The position numbers and the translations under genes were made by a program. The notes below the pieces were generated by a model that worked only from the letters and a program-made list of their open reading frames with translations, was not told where the DNA came from and searched no databases. From positions 1 through 39,180 of the forward strand of contig NZ_JBMFOX010000012.1 of the NCBI RefSeq assembly GCF_049969415.1: a DNA stretch of 39,180 nucleotides, in the 5' to 3' direction. Source of the DNA: Candidatus Hadarchaeum sp. Lineage in GTDB: Archaea > Hadarchaeota > Hadarchaeia > Hadarchaeales > Hadarchaeaceae. Below are positions 1 through 10,104 of the stretch, piece after piece. The stretch's first letter is position 1. Each line of letters begins with the position of its first letter.

Positions 1-1
1 C

Positions 2-496
2 GGCGTGAGCGCCGAGGTGGCGAGGGAGCTGGTCGAGGCCGGGGCCTCGGCCATCGACGTCAGCGGCGCCGGTGGCACCTCCTGGGCGGGCGTGGAGTCG
101 CTGCGGCCGAACCAGGGCTCCTCAATAGGCCTAATCTTCTGGGACTGGGGCATCCCCACCGCCGTGTCCACCGCCGAGGTCTGCATGTCGGTCGAGGTGC
201 CGGTGATCTCGAGCGGGGGCATACGCTCGGGGCTCGATGCGGCGAAGGCCTTGGCGTTGGGCGCTGACCTCGTGGGAATCGCTTTGCCTGCCCTCCGTGC
301 CGCGGAGCAGGGCAAGGAGGCCGTCATCGATTTTCTCAATGATTTCATCGCGGAGTTGAAGGCGGCGATGTTCCTCACCGGCTGCCGGCAGCTGAGCGAC
401 CTGCGCAGGTCGAATTTCATCGTCACCGGGAGAACCCGCGAGTGGCTCACCGCCCGCGGCTTCAACCCGGACAAGCTGGGGAGGCGAGGTCCATGA
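2..496 (+). CDS. fni: Type 2 isopentenyl-diphosphate delta-isomerase (C-terminal part, truncated by the window edge)
   Basis: IDI-2 motifs [46 protein letters not shown]. Sits in the conserved fni-rnj-idsA-gltX order. Confidence 0.93.
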   Translation, partial: GVSAEVARELVEAGASAIDVSGAGGTSWAGVESLRPNQGSSIGLIFWDWGIPTAVSTAEVCMSVEVPVISSGGIRSGLDAAKALALGADLVGIALPALRAAEQGKEAVIDFLNDFIAELKAAMFLTGCRQLSDLRRSNFIVTGRTREWLTARGFNPDKLGRRGP

Positions 497-1818
497 GCGT
501 CGAGATACTGCCCCTCGGCGGCCTGGGCGAGGTGGGCAAGAACATGACGGCGCTGGGCTTTGATGGGAACTACATAATCATCGACATGGGGATAAGGCTC
601 GACAGCATCATGGCCTTCGAGGAGGCGGAGATAGGCAAGATGAGCCGGGAGGAACTGATCAGCATCAACGGCATCCCCGACGACAACATCCTGCACGGAA
701 GGAAGGTCAAGGCGATCGTCCTCACCCACGGCCACCTCGACCACATCGGCGCCGTTGGCAAGCTGGCCTATGCCTACAATGCCCCCATCTACGGCACCCC
801 GTTCACGATTGAGCTGACCCGAAGGCTCCTGCGCGAAGAGAGCGGCCCTAGGTTGAAGAACGAACTCATCACGGTCAACCCCGGCGACTCGGTAAGGACC
901 CACGGGATCGATATTGAGTTCATCAACGCCACCCACAGCATCCTTCACACCGTTTTCGTCTTGGTCAGACGCAACGGTGATTCGGTGCTCTTCGCCAGCG
1001 ATTTCAAGCTGGACGACCAGCCGCTGCTGGGCGAGAAGACTGACCTGCCCCGGCTCAGGCGTCTGGCCAGCGACGGGCTCCTCGCCGCTCTGGTCGGCGC
1101 GGTCAGACTCGACGAGCCCGGCCCGACGAAGTCCGAGGCCTATGCCCGCCAGATGCTGAAGGAGGTGATGAGCGAGGCATGTGCCAACGACGGTCTCGTC
1201 ATCGCCACGACCTTCTCCTCGCACATCGTAAGGCTGAAGTCAATCGTGGACCTTGCCTTCGAGATCGGCCGCACCCCGGTCCTCGTCGGGCGCTCGCTGA
1301 GAAATTACTGCACCGCGGCGATGGATCTGGGGCTGGTGGACTTCCCCCCAGAACTGAGCATTCACGGACGCCCCAACGCGGTGCACAACCTGCTGCGGGA
1401 GATAGATAAGTCTCGCTCCGATTACGTGCTCATCTGCACGGGGCACCAGGGGGAGCCCACCTCAGTCCTGTCGAAGATAGCGAACGGCCAGCTGCCCCTG
1501 GACATCCGCGACGGCGATGAGGTCATCTTTTCCGCCAGCGTCATCCCGAACCCGATAAACGAGTCCAACCGGGAGCTGCTCGAGACGAAGCTGATGGCCA
1601 AGGGGGCCCATATATACCGGAACGTGCATGTTTCCGGGCACGCGGGCCGGGCGGATACCTCCGAGTTCATCCGGCTGGTCAAGCCCGACAATCTTGTACC
1701 CTGCCACAGCACCTCCGACAAGCTCCGAATGATGGTCGAGCTGGGCCGGGAGCTCGGCTACAGCGACGATCGGCTGCATCAGCTGCGGAACGGCACCTCG
1801 CTAGTCCTGGGTGATTGA
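493..1818 (+). CDS. rnj: Archaeal RNase J (beta-CASP metallo-beta-lactamase ribonuclease)
   Basis: [48 protein letters not shown]. The ATG at 493 overlaps the fni stop (ATGA) and follows a GAGGT SD. Confidence 0.92.
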   Translation: MSVEILPLGGLGEVGKNMTALGFDGNYIIIDMGIRLDSIMAFEEAEIGKMSREELISINGIPDDNILHGRKVKAIVLTHGHLDHIGAVGKLAYAYNAPIYGTPFTIELTRRLLREESGPRLKNELITVNPGDSVRTHGIDIEFINATHSILHTVFVLVRRNGDSVLFASDFKLDDQPLLGEKTDLPRLRRLASDGLLAALVGAVRLDEPGPTKSEAYARQMLKEVMSEACANDGLVIATTFSSHIVRLKSIVDLAFEIGRTPVLVGRSLRNYCTAAMDLGLVDFPPELSIHGRPNAVHNLLREIDKSRSDYVLICTGHQGEPTSVLSKIANGQLPLDIRDGDEVIFSASVIPNPINESNRELLETKLMAKGAHIYRNVHVSGHAGRADTSEFIRLVKPDNLVPCHSTSDKLRMMVELGRELGYSDDRLHQLRNGTSLVLGD

Positions 1819-2818
1819 TGTGGATGTCCTGAAGTACCTGGAGGAATGCGCGGCTTTGGTTGAGCCCGAGATCGATCGCTGGCTTCCAAGGCAGATCCAG
1901 CCCGAGGTCCTGACCAAGGCCATGCGGCACCTGATTGAGGCGGGTGGAAAAAGGCTGCGCCCCTGTCTGGCCCTGACCGCCTGCGAGGCGGTCGGTGGTA
2001 AGCGGGAGGATGCAATCGAGACCGCCGCAGCCCTGGAGCTGTTCCACAACTTCACCCTGATTCACGACGATATCATGGACCACGACGAGTTTCGAAGGAA
2101 CGTTAAGACCGTGCACGTTCTCTGGGGCGAGCCGATAGCGATTATCGCCGGTGATGCCCTGTTCGCTAAGGTCTTTGAAGCGGCGGCGGCGAACGCCAGC
2201 AGGCTGGGGATGAGCCGGGAAAAAACGGTGGAGCTGTTCAACACCCTGAGCCGGGCAAGTTTCGAGCTGTGCCAGGGACAGGCGCTCGACATGTTGTTCG
2301 AAAAAAGGAACGATGTCACTGAGGAAGAATACATGCAGATGATCAGCGGCAAGACCGGGGCCCTCACTGAGGCAGCCACCAAGGCCGGCGCCCTGCTGGG
2401 GAACGCTTCGGCGGCGGAGATTCAGGCGCTTTCCCGGTACGGCCGGCTGATCGGAATTGCTTTTCAGATGCAGGACGACGTGCTGGGAATTTTGGGCAAG
2501 CAGGAAAAGTTTGGAAAACCGATCGGCAGCGACATAAGGGAGGGCAAGAAGACGCTGATCATCGTAAAAGCGCTCGATCTGGCGCCGGGAGAGGAGCGAA
2601 GAGTTTTGTTGAGGGCCTTTGGCAGGAGCAACGCGACCGATGAGGAGATCCGGGAGGCGATAGCGGTTCTGAAGCGGGTGGGGGCCGTTGATTACGTCGC
2701 GGAGCGGGCTCGGAAGATGGTCGCCGAAGCCAAGATGGAGTTGAAGATTTTGCCTGACTCTAGGGCCAAGGAGGCGCTGCTTGGGATTGCCGACTTCGTG
2801 GTTGAGCGGGAGTTCTGA
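1811..2818 (+). CDS. idsA: Geranylgeranyl diphosphate synthase (short-chain polyprenyl synthetase)
   Basis: GGKRLRP, first Asp-rich motif HDDIMD, GQALD, KTGAL, FQMQDDVLG, GSDIREGKKT. Confidence 0.92.
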   Translation: MIDVDVLKYLEECAALVEPEIDRWLPRQIQPEVLTKAMRHLIEAGGKRLRPCLALTACEAVGGKREDAIETAAALELFHNFTLIHDDIMDHDEFRRNVKTVHVLWGEPIAIIAGDALFAKVFEAAAANASRLGMSREKTVELFNTLSRASFELCQGQALDMLFEKRNDVTEEEYMQMISGKTGALTEAATKAGALLGNASAAEIQALSRYGRLIGIAFQMQDDVLGILGKQEKFGKPIGSDIREGKKTLIIVKALDLAPGEERRVLLRAFGRSNATDEEIREAIAVLKRVGAVDYVAERARKMVAEAKMELKILPDSRAKEALLGIADFVVEREF

Positions 2819-2857
2819 TATTTTGACCCCGTTTTTCGGGACGGGTGGGGGAGACGG

Positions 2858-4546
2858 ATGGAGGATGTCAAAAGGACGGTGCTGAGGTGGGCCCTAGCCA
2901 ATGCGGCCGAGCACGGCGGAAAGGCCAGCCCGAAGGCGGTGCTGGGCAAGATACTCGCCGAATTGCCCGGGTGGAAGTCGCGGATCGCGGAACTGTCGAT
3001 TATCGTCGATCAGATCGTCGACGAAGTTAACCGGATGGGACCCGAAGAGCAGCAGTTCCAGATAAAAAAGGTGGGTCTGCCCGAGAAGAAGGCCGCGGAG
3101 CGGCGGGGGCTACCTGACCTGCCCGACCTGCAGGAATACGGAACGGTTGTCACCCGGTTTGCCCCCAATCCCAACGGTCCCTTGCACATCGGCCACATCA
3201 GGGCAGCGCTTCTCAGCCACGAGTACGCCCGGCGTTACAAGGGAAGGTTCATCCTCAGGTTTGAGGACACCAACCCGGAGAACGCCATGCTGGAGATGTA
3301 TGAGTTCATCAAGCGGGATCTGAGGTGGCTGGGCCTAAGCTGGGATGAGGAGTACTATCAGTCCGATCGTGTGGATATCTACTACAGTCATGCCGAGGAT
3401 CTCATCAAAAATGGGAAGGCCTACGTGTGCGCTTGCGATGTCGCGAATTTTAGAAAACTCCGCGATTCCGGAAAGCCCTGCCCCTGCCGGGATCTTCCCG
3501 CTTCGGAAAATCTGGCCAGGTGGCGGAAAATGCTTGCCGGCGGCTATGAGGAGGGCGCGGCCGTTGTTAGAATAAAGACCGACCTGAGCCATCTTAACCC
3601 CGCGGTGCGCGACTGGCCTGCGCTGCGGATTGTCAAAAGGCCGCATCCGCGGGTGGGATCCAAGTACTTCGTCTGGCCACTGTACAACTTCTCGGCCGGG
3701 ATCGATGACCACCTCATGGGAATAACCCACATCATCCGGGGCAAGGAGCACGAGGTAAATGAGGAGCGCCAGCGTTTCATGTACCGGCACTTCGGGTGGA
3801 GATATCCCACCGCTGTTCAGTACGGCCGGCTGTCGATGCCCGGTGTGGAGCTGAGCAAGACCCAGACGATGCAGATGATCAGGAGCGGCAGCCTGTCCGG
3901 CTTTGACGATGTCCGGCTAGCGACCATCGCCGCCCTGCGCCGGCGCGGCTTTCTGCCCGACACCATCAGGCAGATGATCTTTGATATCGGACTGACGCCC
4001 GTGGATTCTTCGCTCAGCTGGGAAACCCTCTACGCCTACAACCGGAAGGTTTTGGACCCCATCGCCGGGCGTTATTTCTTTGTGGCGCGGCCGGCGAAAT
4101 TGCTCGTTCGCGGCGCCCCCAAGCTGAAGGAGGTCCGCCTGCGCCTGCACCCCAGCAGGCCCGAGCTGGGGGAGCGGGTGCTTCCGCTAGGAACTGAAAA
4201 TGGTGACATGGTTTTTTACATCTCCGGCGAGGACGCGAAGGATTTGAAGGTCGGTGACATCTTCAGGTTGAAGGACCTGATGAACGTCAGGCTGGAGAAG
4301 CCGGGCCCCGTGCTCGAGGCCTCTTTCCAGAGCCTAGAGGTTATGGACGTGCTGAAGTTCCAGTGGGTCTCCGCGGGTGCCGTTGAGCTCGAGGTGATAA
4401 AACCCGACGCCACGGTGGAAACCGGGCTGGCCGAGCCCTCGGTTGCGGCCCTGAAAGTCGGCGATATCGTGCAGCTGGAGAGATACGGCTTTGTCCGGAT
4501 CGACTCCACAGCGCCGAAACTGACCGCCGTTTATGCACATAGGTGA
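2858..4546 (+). CDS. gltX: Glutamate--tRNA ligase (archaeal type)
   Basis: RFAPNPNGPLHIGH, LRFEDTNP, THIIRGKEH, C-terminal QLERYGFVRID. Confidence 0.96.
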   Translation: MEDVKRTVLRWALANAAEHGGKASPKAVLGKILAELPGWKSRIAELSIIVDQIVDEVNRMGPEEQQFQIKKVGLPEKKAAERRGLPDLPDLQEYGTVVTRFAPNPNGPLHIGHIRAALLSHEYARRYKGRFILRFEDTNPENAMLEMYEFIKRDLRWLGLSWDEEYYQSDRVDIYYSHAEDLIKNGKAYVCACDVANFRKLRDSGKPCPCRDLPASENLARWRKMLAGGYEEGAAVVRIKTDLSHLNPAVRDWPALRIVKRPHPRVGSKYFVWPLYNFSAGIDDHLMGITHIIRGKEHEVNEERQRFMYRHFGWRYPTAVQYGRLSMPGVELSKTQTMQMIRSGSLSGFDDVRLATIAALRRRGFLPDTIRQMIFDIGLTPVDSSLSWETLYAYNRKVLDPIAGRYFFVARPAKLLVRGAPKLKEVRLRLHPSRPELGERVLPLGTENGDMVFYISGEDAKDLKVGDIFRLKDLMNVRLEKPGPVLEASFQSLEVMDVLKFQWVSAGAVELEVIKPDATVETGLAEPSVAALKVGDIVQLERYGFVRIDSTAPKLTAVYAHR

Positions 4547-4637
4547 CCGACTGAAGCATAGGACATGATTCGCCAAATTTAAAAGTGGAGATACAACAGT
4601 CTTTTAACGGCAGCCTGCATAATAGAGATTACCAAAA

Positions 4638-4672
4638 ACCGTTGAATGATGAGGTGTAAACTGAAGGAGGTG
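4638..4672 (+). promoter_or_regulatory. Box C/D-type kink-turn in the rpl7ae 5'UTR, adjoining the SD (putative L7Ae autoregulatory site)
   Basis: ATGATGA at 4646-4652, CTGA at 4661-4664, SD AGGAGGTG at 4665-4672, GTG start at 4679. TATA-like TTTTAAC at about 4602. Confidence 0.65.
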
Positions 4673-4678
4673 TTTGGA

Positions 4679-5050
4679 GTGGCCAAACCGATATATGTGC
4701 GCTTCGAGGTCCCGAAGGAGCTAGCGGACAAGGTGTACGAGGCAGTCGAGGTGGCTCGGGACTCCGGCAAGCTCAGGAAGGGGACCAACGAGGTTACCAA
4801 GGCGGTGGAGCGCAAGCAGGCGAAGCTAGTTGTCATTGCCGAGGATGTTGAGCCGGCCGAGATCGTGGCTCATCTCGTCCCCCTTTCCGAGGAGAAGGGC
4901 ATCCCCTATGTGTATGTTCCGAGCAAGCGGGAGCTGGGAGCGGCCGCGGGTCTTGAGGTGGGTTCGTCTGCCATCGCCATAGTTGACCCTGGACAGGCGG
5001 CGGCAGCGGTGAAGGACATAATCGAGAGCATCAAGCAGCAGAAGAAGTGA
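4679..5050 (+). CDS. rpl7ae: 50S ribosomal protein L7Ae
   Basis: [40 protein letters not shown] start after AGGAGGTG. Confidence 0.96.
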   Translation: MAKPIYVRFEVPKELADKVYEAVEVARDSGKLRKGTNEVTKAVERKQAKLVVIAEDVEPAEIVAHLVPLSEEKGIPYVYVPSKRELGAAAGLEVGSSAIAIVDPGQAAAAVKDIIESIKQQKK

Positions 5051-5055
5051 CCTCA

Positions 5056-5274
5056 ATGCCAGCCGAAGCGGATATGGGCTTTCCAGCTGAAGTGATAGAG
5101 ATCCGGGCGCGGACCGGCGTCACCGGCGAGATAATGCAGGTGAGGTGCCGGGTGCTGGAGGGCCGTGACAAAGGAAGAATTATCACGCGGAACGTGAAGG
5201 GCCCGGTCAGGGTGGGCGACATTTTGATGCTCCGGGAGACCGAGCGCGAGGCTAGGGAGATAAAGGTGCCTTAG
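5056..5274 (+). CDS. rps28e: 30S ribosomal protein S28e
   Basis: [45 protein letters not shown]. Confidence 0.95.
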   Translation: MPAEADMGFPAEVIEIRARTGVTGEIMQVRCRVLEGRDKGRIITRNVKGPVRVGDILMLRETEREAREIKVP

Positions 5275-5463
5275 ATGCCGGTGGCAAGAAAGTGTTCCTT
5301 TTGCGGCGGCCGGGTGGAGCCGGGCTCGGGCCTGATGTTTGTGAGGCGCGATGGCTCCATATTGTTCTTCTGCTCAAGCAAGTGTCGGCGCAACTTTTCC
5401 TTGGGGCGCAAGCCGGCCCATCTCAAGTGGACCCAGCGAGCGAAATCCGGTGGGAAGACTTGA
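5275..5463 (+). CDS. rpl24e: 50S ribosomal protein L24e
   Basis: [30 protein letters not shown]. Confidence 0.95.
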   Translation: MPVARKCSFCGGRVEPGSGLMFVRRDGSILFFCSSKCRRNFSLGRKPAHLKWTQRAKSGGKT

Positions 5464-5858
5464 AAGAGAGAACCTTTGTGATGATCAAGCCCGATGGGGT
5501 CAGCAAGGGGCTGGTTGGGAAGATAGAGGCCCGCATCCGCCGAGCCGGGCTGCACATCGCTTCCCAACGCCGTCTGAAGCTGGACCGAGATCTGGCTGAG
5601 AGGCTCTACTCGGTACACCGTGGCAAACCGTTTTTCGAGAGGTTGGTCAATTACGTGCTTTCAGGTGAGGTCGTGGTCATGGCCGTGGAAGGGGAAAACG
5701 CCGTTGCTAAGATGAGGGAGCTGATAGGAGCCACTGACCCTGCCAAAGCCGCGAAGGGGACAATCCGGGGTGACTTCGGCTCCAGCGTTACTGAAAACGT
5801 CATTCATGCGGCGGATTCCCCGGAAAATGCCCGGCGTGAACTTTCGCTATTCTTCTGA
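5460..5858 (+). CDS. ndk: Nucleoside diphosphate kinase
   Basis: [44 protein letters not shown] start overlaps the rpl24e stop. Confidence 0.95.
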   Translation: MKERTFVMIKPDGVSKGLVGKIEARIRRAGLHIASQRRLKLDRDLAERLYSVHRGKPFFERLVNYVLSGEVVVMAVEGENAVAKMRELIGATDPAKAAKGTIRGDFGSSVTENVIHAADSPENARRELSLFF

Positions 5859-5911
5859 TTTCCGAATTTCCGTAGGTGAAAAGGGTCACGCTTTTTGGAC
5901 ATTTGTGAACT

Positions 5912-6127
5912 TCAGCCCCCAGCTAGGGGCACAACCCGAATCACCTTTTTTTTGTCGATGTTGACGAAGCCGAAGCTGTCGGCGTAGATCTTGTTACCTC
6001 TCACGCAGACCCCCTCACCCGGGACATATTCACCCTTTTTGGCCAGTTCCGTTCCCGGCGAGACCCAGACGTAGTCCGTTTCTGATTTTGGCAACCGGGT
6101 CAGTTTTGGTTTTCTTTCGGCCTTCAT
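5912..6127 (-). CDS. Small stand-alone protein resembling the N-terminal (ECR1_N) domain of exosome cap proteins Rrp4/Csl4
   Basis: VSPGTELAKKGEYVPGEGVCVRGNKIYADSFGFVNIDKKKVIRVVPLAG follows the Rrp4 NTD pattern VxPGxxL..xxPGxGxY..xxKIYAxxxGxV..IRVIPL. No S1 or KH domain. TATA box about 22 nt upstream of the ATG. Confidence 0.65.
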   Translation of the reverse strand: MKAERKPKLTRLPKSETDYVWVSPGTELAKKGEYVPGEGVCVRGNKIYADSFGFVNIDKKKVIRVVPLAGG

Positions 6128-6148
6128 CAATTAAAGCTCAGTTCCTTT

Positions 6149-6156
6149 TTTTATAA
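6149..6156 (-). promoter_or_regulatory. TATA box for the antisense ECR1_N gene (probably a leaderless mRNA)
   Basis: Minus-strand TTATAAAA ends about 22 nt before the ATG at 6127. Confidence 0.5.
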
Positions 6157-6224
6157 GGTGTTCCAATTCTCGTGGCAGGATCGGAAATGGGTCCTGTGCT
6201 TTAAACTAGCCCGCGTAAGATATC

Positions 6225-8030
6225 TTGGTGTCAAAATTGCAGAGACTGAGGATTAGACAGCCTTTGATAGCGGTGCTGGGCCACGTTGACCACGGCAAGA
6301 CATCGCTGCTGGACGCGATCAGGGGGACTAGAGTGGCTGCCCGGGAGGCCGGCGCAATCACCCAGCACGTCGGGGCCAGCGAGATACCGGTGGAGACAAT
6401 TAAGAACATTTGCGGCCGGCTCTTGGAAAGGTTCAAGATTGAGCTCACCCTACCTGGCCTTCTCTTCATCGACACACCTGGGCACGAGGCCTTTACCAAC
6501 CTTCGCCGGAGGGGTGGCTCGCTCGCCGATCTCGCCGCCCTTGTGGTCGACATCAACGAAGGGTTCATGCCCCAGACGCTGGAATCCCTGACGATTCTGA
6601 AGACATACCGGACACCGTTCATGCTAGTCGCGAACAAGATAGACTTAATTCCAGGCTGGCGGGCCTTTCCCCGTGCCTGTTTTCTGGAATCCTTCGCAAA
6701 GCAGCGATCCGAGGTGCAGCATGCGCTGGATGAAATGATTTACGAGCTCGTCGGTAAACTGCACGAGCTGGGATTTGAATCGGAAAGGTTCGACCGAGTC
6801 AGCGATTTTCGCCGGCAGGTTTCCATCGTCCCGGCGAGTGCCAAGACAGGTGAAGGAATACCGGAGATTTTAGCCATCTTGGCTGGTCTGGCGCAAAGGT
6901 ATTTGGAGAATGAGTTGAAGGTCGAGGTCACCGGGCCTGGGCGCGGAACGGTGCTCGAGGTGAAGGAGGAGGTCGGGTTGGGTAAAACAATAGATGTGAT
7001 AATCTACGACGGCGTGGTGGCGAAGGGCGACCTTTTCGCTGTGGGCGGTCTGGATAAGGTAATCACCTCCAAGGTCCGGAGTCTTTTGCGACCTAAGCCC
7101 CTCGATGAAATCCGTGACCCGGAGGACAGGTTCAGGCAGGTTGAAAGGGTCTATGCAGCCGCCGGGGTCAAGATCGCAGCGCCGAATCTGGAGGGTGCGG
7201 TGGCAGGGGCGCCTTTTTTAGTGATCAACGACATAGCTGCGGCGGAAAAACTCTGGCAGGAGATGCAGCGGGAGCTGGAGCGGGTCAGAATAAGCTCTGA
7301 CATCAACGGCGTGGTTTTGAAGGCGGATGCACTTGGCTCGCTTGAGGCCTTGGAGGGCCAGCTCAAGGCCAAGGGCATCCCGATTCGTAAAGCTGATGTT
7401 GGTGACGTTTCCAGACGGGACATCGTTGAGGCTGCTACGGTCGGCAAGAGTGATCCTCTGCGGGCAGTGGTGCTGGCCTTCAACGTCAAGATTTTACCCG
7501 ATGCTCAGGCGGAGGCCGAGCGCGAGGGTGTTCAGATCATCAGGGATGAGGTGATCTATCGGTTACTGGAGCAGTATGAGGGCTGGGTGAAGAGGAAGAG
7601 CGAGGAAGTGAGGGCCAGCCGCCTGCAGGGATTCATCAGGCCAGGTAAGATTGTCGTTAAACCTGGCTATGTCTTCAGGCGCAGTGACCCAGCGATTGTC
7701 GGAATCGATGTGCTGGGAGGGGTTGTCCGAACAAAGGCGCCGTTGATGAACAAGGAGGGCAAGCCGGTGGGCGTTATCCGTGAGCTGCAGAAGGACAAGA
7801 GGTCGATCCAGGAGGCGAGGCTGGGTGAGGAACTGGCGGTTTCGATAGACGGCCCGATGGTCGGGCGCCACATTCAAGAGGGAGAGGTTTTATATACAGA
7901 TGTACCAAGAAACCATGTGCTCGCGCTGAAGAGGGATCTGCGTGATCTTCTCTCAGGCGACGAGCTTTCGGTGCTTGATGAGATAATAGCCATCAAGCAG
8001 AAAATGGATCCAACGTATGGAGTGATGTGA
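6225..8030 (+). CDS. infB: Translation initiation factor aIF5B (IF-2)
   Basis: [50 protein letters not shown]. No intein. Start is TTG 6225 or GTG 6228. Confidence 0.96.
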   Translation: MVSKLQRLRIRQPLIAVLGHVDHGKTSLLDAIRGTRVAAREAGAITQHVGASEIPVETIKNICGRLLERFKIELTLPGLLFIDTPGHEAFTNLRRRGGSLADLAALVVDINEGFMPQTLESLTILKTYRTPFMLVANKIDLIPGWRAFPRACFLESFAKQRSEVQHALDEMIYELVGKLHELGFESERFDRVSDFRRQVSIVPASAKTGEGIPEILAILAGLAQRYLENELKVEVTGPGRGTVLEVKEEVGLGKTIDVIIYDGVVAKGDLFAVGGLDKVITSKVRSLLRPKPLDEIRDPEDRFRQVERVYAAAGVKIAAPNLEGAVAGAPFLVINDIAAAEKLWQEMQRELERVRISSDINGVVLKADALGSLEALEGQLKAKGIPIRKADVGDVSRRDIVEAATVGKSDPLRAVVLAFNVKILPDAQAEAEREGVQIIRDEVIYRLLEQYEGWVKRKSEEVRASRLQGFIRPGKIVVKPGYVFRRSDPAIVGIDVLGGVVRTKAPLMNKEGKPVGVIRELQKDKRSIQEARLGEELAVSIDGPMVGRHIQEGEVLYTDVPRNHVLALKRDLRDLLSGDELSVLDEIIAIKQKMDPTYGVM

Positions 8031-8425
8031 TGCCGTTCAAGATGGTGGTTGCGGACCCGAAGACGGGGAAGAGCTACAAGCTGGAGGCCCGGGAGCCGGA
8101 GGCCCGCAGGCTGGTCGGGATGAGGATCGGAGATAAGTTCGATGGCGGAATTGTAGGCCTACCCGGCTACGAGCTGCAGATAACCGGAGGGACCGACCGG
8201 GATGGTTTCCCGATGCGTTCCGACATCGCGGGCCCGGGGCGGGTGAGCGTCCTTCTGGCTAAAGGACCGGGTTTTTCCCCGAAAAGGCCGGGTGAGCGCC
8301 GCCGGAAGATGGTGCGCGGCTGCAGGGTCTCCGACGACATCGTGCAGCTGAACGCGGTGGTAATAAAGTGGGGCGAGAAGCCCATTGAGGAGATAGTTCA
8401 ACCTAAGGAGGCCAAGCAGACCTGA
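8030..8425 (+). CDS. rps6e: 30S ribosomal protein S6e
   Basis: FKMVVADPKTGKS, ITGGTDRDGFPMR, GERRRKMVRG. Confidence 0.95.
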   Translation: MPFKMVVADPKTGKSYKLEAREPEARRLVGMRIGDKFDGGIVGLPGYELQITGGTDRDGFPMRSDIAGPGRVSVLLAKGPGFSPKRPGERRRKMVRGCRVSDDIVQLNAVVIKWGEKPIEEIVQPKEAKQT

Positions 8426-8491
8426 AGTTAACTCCAGCTTCCAAATCGCTGCGCTTTTTAATGTTGTAGTCGAAGTGGGACAAGGTGGAAG

Positions 8492-9706
8492 ATGCCCCAA
8501 GCAGAAGTCAACATCGGTCTCGTGGGCCACGTGGATCACGGCAAGACGACGCTGACGGAAGCGCTTTCAGGTATCTGGACGGATGTTCACAGCGAGGAAA
8601 TTCGCCGCGGCATATCAATTCGGCTGGGATACGCTGACACCTCCTTTTATAAATGCAAGCAATGCAGCCGGTACACGACCAAGGAGAAATGTCCTTACTG
8701 CGGGGGCCCCACCGAATTCCAGCGCCGGGTTTCCTTTGTTGACGCGCCCGGGCACGAGATGTTGATGGCGACCATGATCTCCGGTGCCGCGATCATGGAC
8801 GGCGCGATACTGGTGGTTGCGGCGAACGAGCCCTGCCCGCAGCCTCAGACTAAGGAGCATTTGATGGCCTTGGACATAATCGGTGTAAAAAACATCGTGG
8901 TTGCTCAGAACAAGGTCGAGCTAGTTTCCCGCGAAAAGGCCATTGAGAACTACAAACAGATAAAGGAGTTTCTAGCGGGCACTTCGGCCAAGGATGCACC
9001 GATAATCCCAATCTCCGCCATCCACCGGGCCAACATCGACAAGCTGATAGAGGCGATTGAAAGGGTAATCCCGACGCCAAAGCGGGACGCGACCAAGCCA
9101 CCACGCATGCAAGTAGCTAGGTCCTTTGACGTTAACCGACCCGGGACAAGGCCGGAGAATCTCCGCGGCGGTGTCGTGGGAGGATCCCTTCAGCAGGGAA
9201 GGCTTAGGGTCGGAGATGAGATAGAGCTCCATCCCGGCATAAAGACGAGCCGAGAAGGCAGGACGGTTTGGCAGCCCCTGAGCTCCAAGGTGGTCAGCCT
9301 GCATGCCATGGATAGCTCCCTAGAGGAGGCCAAGCCGGGCGGTTTGATCGGCGTGGGCACTCTGCTTGACCCCTCCTTAACAAAGGGCGATTCACTGGTG
9401 GGCTCGGTCCTGGGACTGCCGGGAACGCTCCCAGAGGTCCTCGACTCGCTGGAGCTGGAGGTCGCTCTTATGAAGCGCGTCGTGGGTATGGAGGAGGAGC
9501 TGGAGATAAAGCCGCTAGTTACCGGCGAGGTCCTTATGTTGAACGTAGGCACAACGATGACTGTGGGCACCGTCGCCAGCGCCCGGGGAGATAAGGCCAC
9601 GGTCAGGCTGAAATTGCCCGTCTGCGCCGAGAGGGGGGCACGGGTAGCGCTAAGTCGCAGGATTGCCAGCAGGTGGCGGCTGGTCGGGTATGGCATCATC
9701 AAGTGA
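8492..9706 (+). CDS. eif2g: Translation initiation factor 2 subunit gamma
   Basis: [27 protein letters not shown], Zn-knuckle CxxC/Cxx[23 protein letters not shown]. Confidence 0.97.
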   Translation: MPQAEVNIGLVGHVDHGKTTLTEALSGIWTDVHSEEIRRGISIRLGYADTSFYKCKQCSRYTTKEKCPYCGGPTEFQRRVSFVDAPGHEMLMATMISGAAIMDGAILVVAANEPCPQPQTKEHLMALDIIGVKNIVVAQNKVELVSREKAIENYKQIKEFLAGTSAKDAPIIPISAIHRANIDKLIEAIERVIPTPKRDATKPPRMQVARSFDVNRPGTRPENLRGGVVGGSLQQGRLRVGDEIELHPGIKTSREGRTVWQPLSSKVVSLHAMDSSLEEAKPGGLIGVGTLLDPSLTKGDSLVGSVLGLPGTLPEVLDSLELEVALMKRVVGMEEELEIKPLVTGEVLMLNVGTTMTVGTVASARGDKATVRLKLPVCAERGARVALSRRIASRWRLVGYGIIK

Positions 9707-10100
9707 GGGTCGGCGTTTACCCGTTATTGCCGATACAAGTTTTCTCATGATTCCCGGGATGTTTAGGGTCGATCTCTTTGGCGAGCTGGACAGACTTCTG
9801 GATGGCTCCTATGAGCTCTTGGTACCTAGCCCGGTAGTTAAGGAGCTGGAGAGGATTTCCGAGCAGGGCAAACCCAAGGAGAGGACGGCGGCAAAGTTGG
9901 GCCTCAGCTTGGTCAAACGGGGCTCCGTGGTAAATGTTGAAGGGGAGGCGGATGAGTCGATAGTTAAGCTCGCGGTCGAGAGGAAGTGCTTGGTCGGGAC
10001 CTCTGATTTTAACCTGCGAAAAAGGCTTCGTGCTTCGAGGATTGGCGTAATCTATTTAAGGGGTAAGTCACACCTTGCTTTAAACGGCCAGTTAAGGTGA
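9690..10100 (+). CDS. PIN-domain protein (Fcf1/Utp24-like)
   Basis: [28 protein letters not shown]. Conserved position after eif2g. Confidence 0.88.
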   Translation: MASSSEGRRLPVIADTSFLMIPGMFRVDLFGELDRLLDGSYELLVPSPVVKELERISEQGKPKERTAAKLGLSLVKRGSVVNVEGEADESIVKLAVERKCLVGTSDFNLRKRLRASRIGVIYLRGKSHLALNGQLR

Positions 10101-10104
10101 AACT

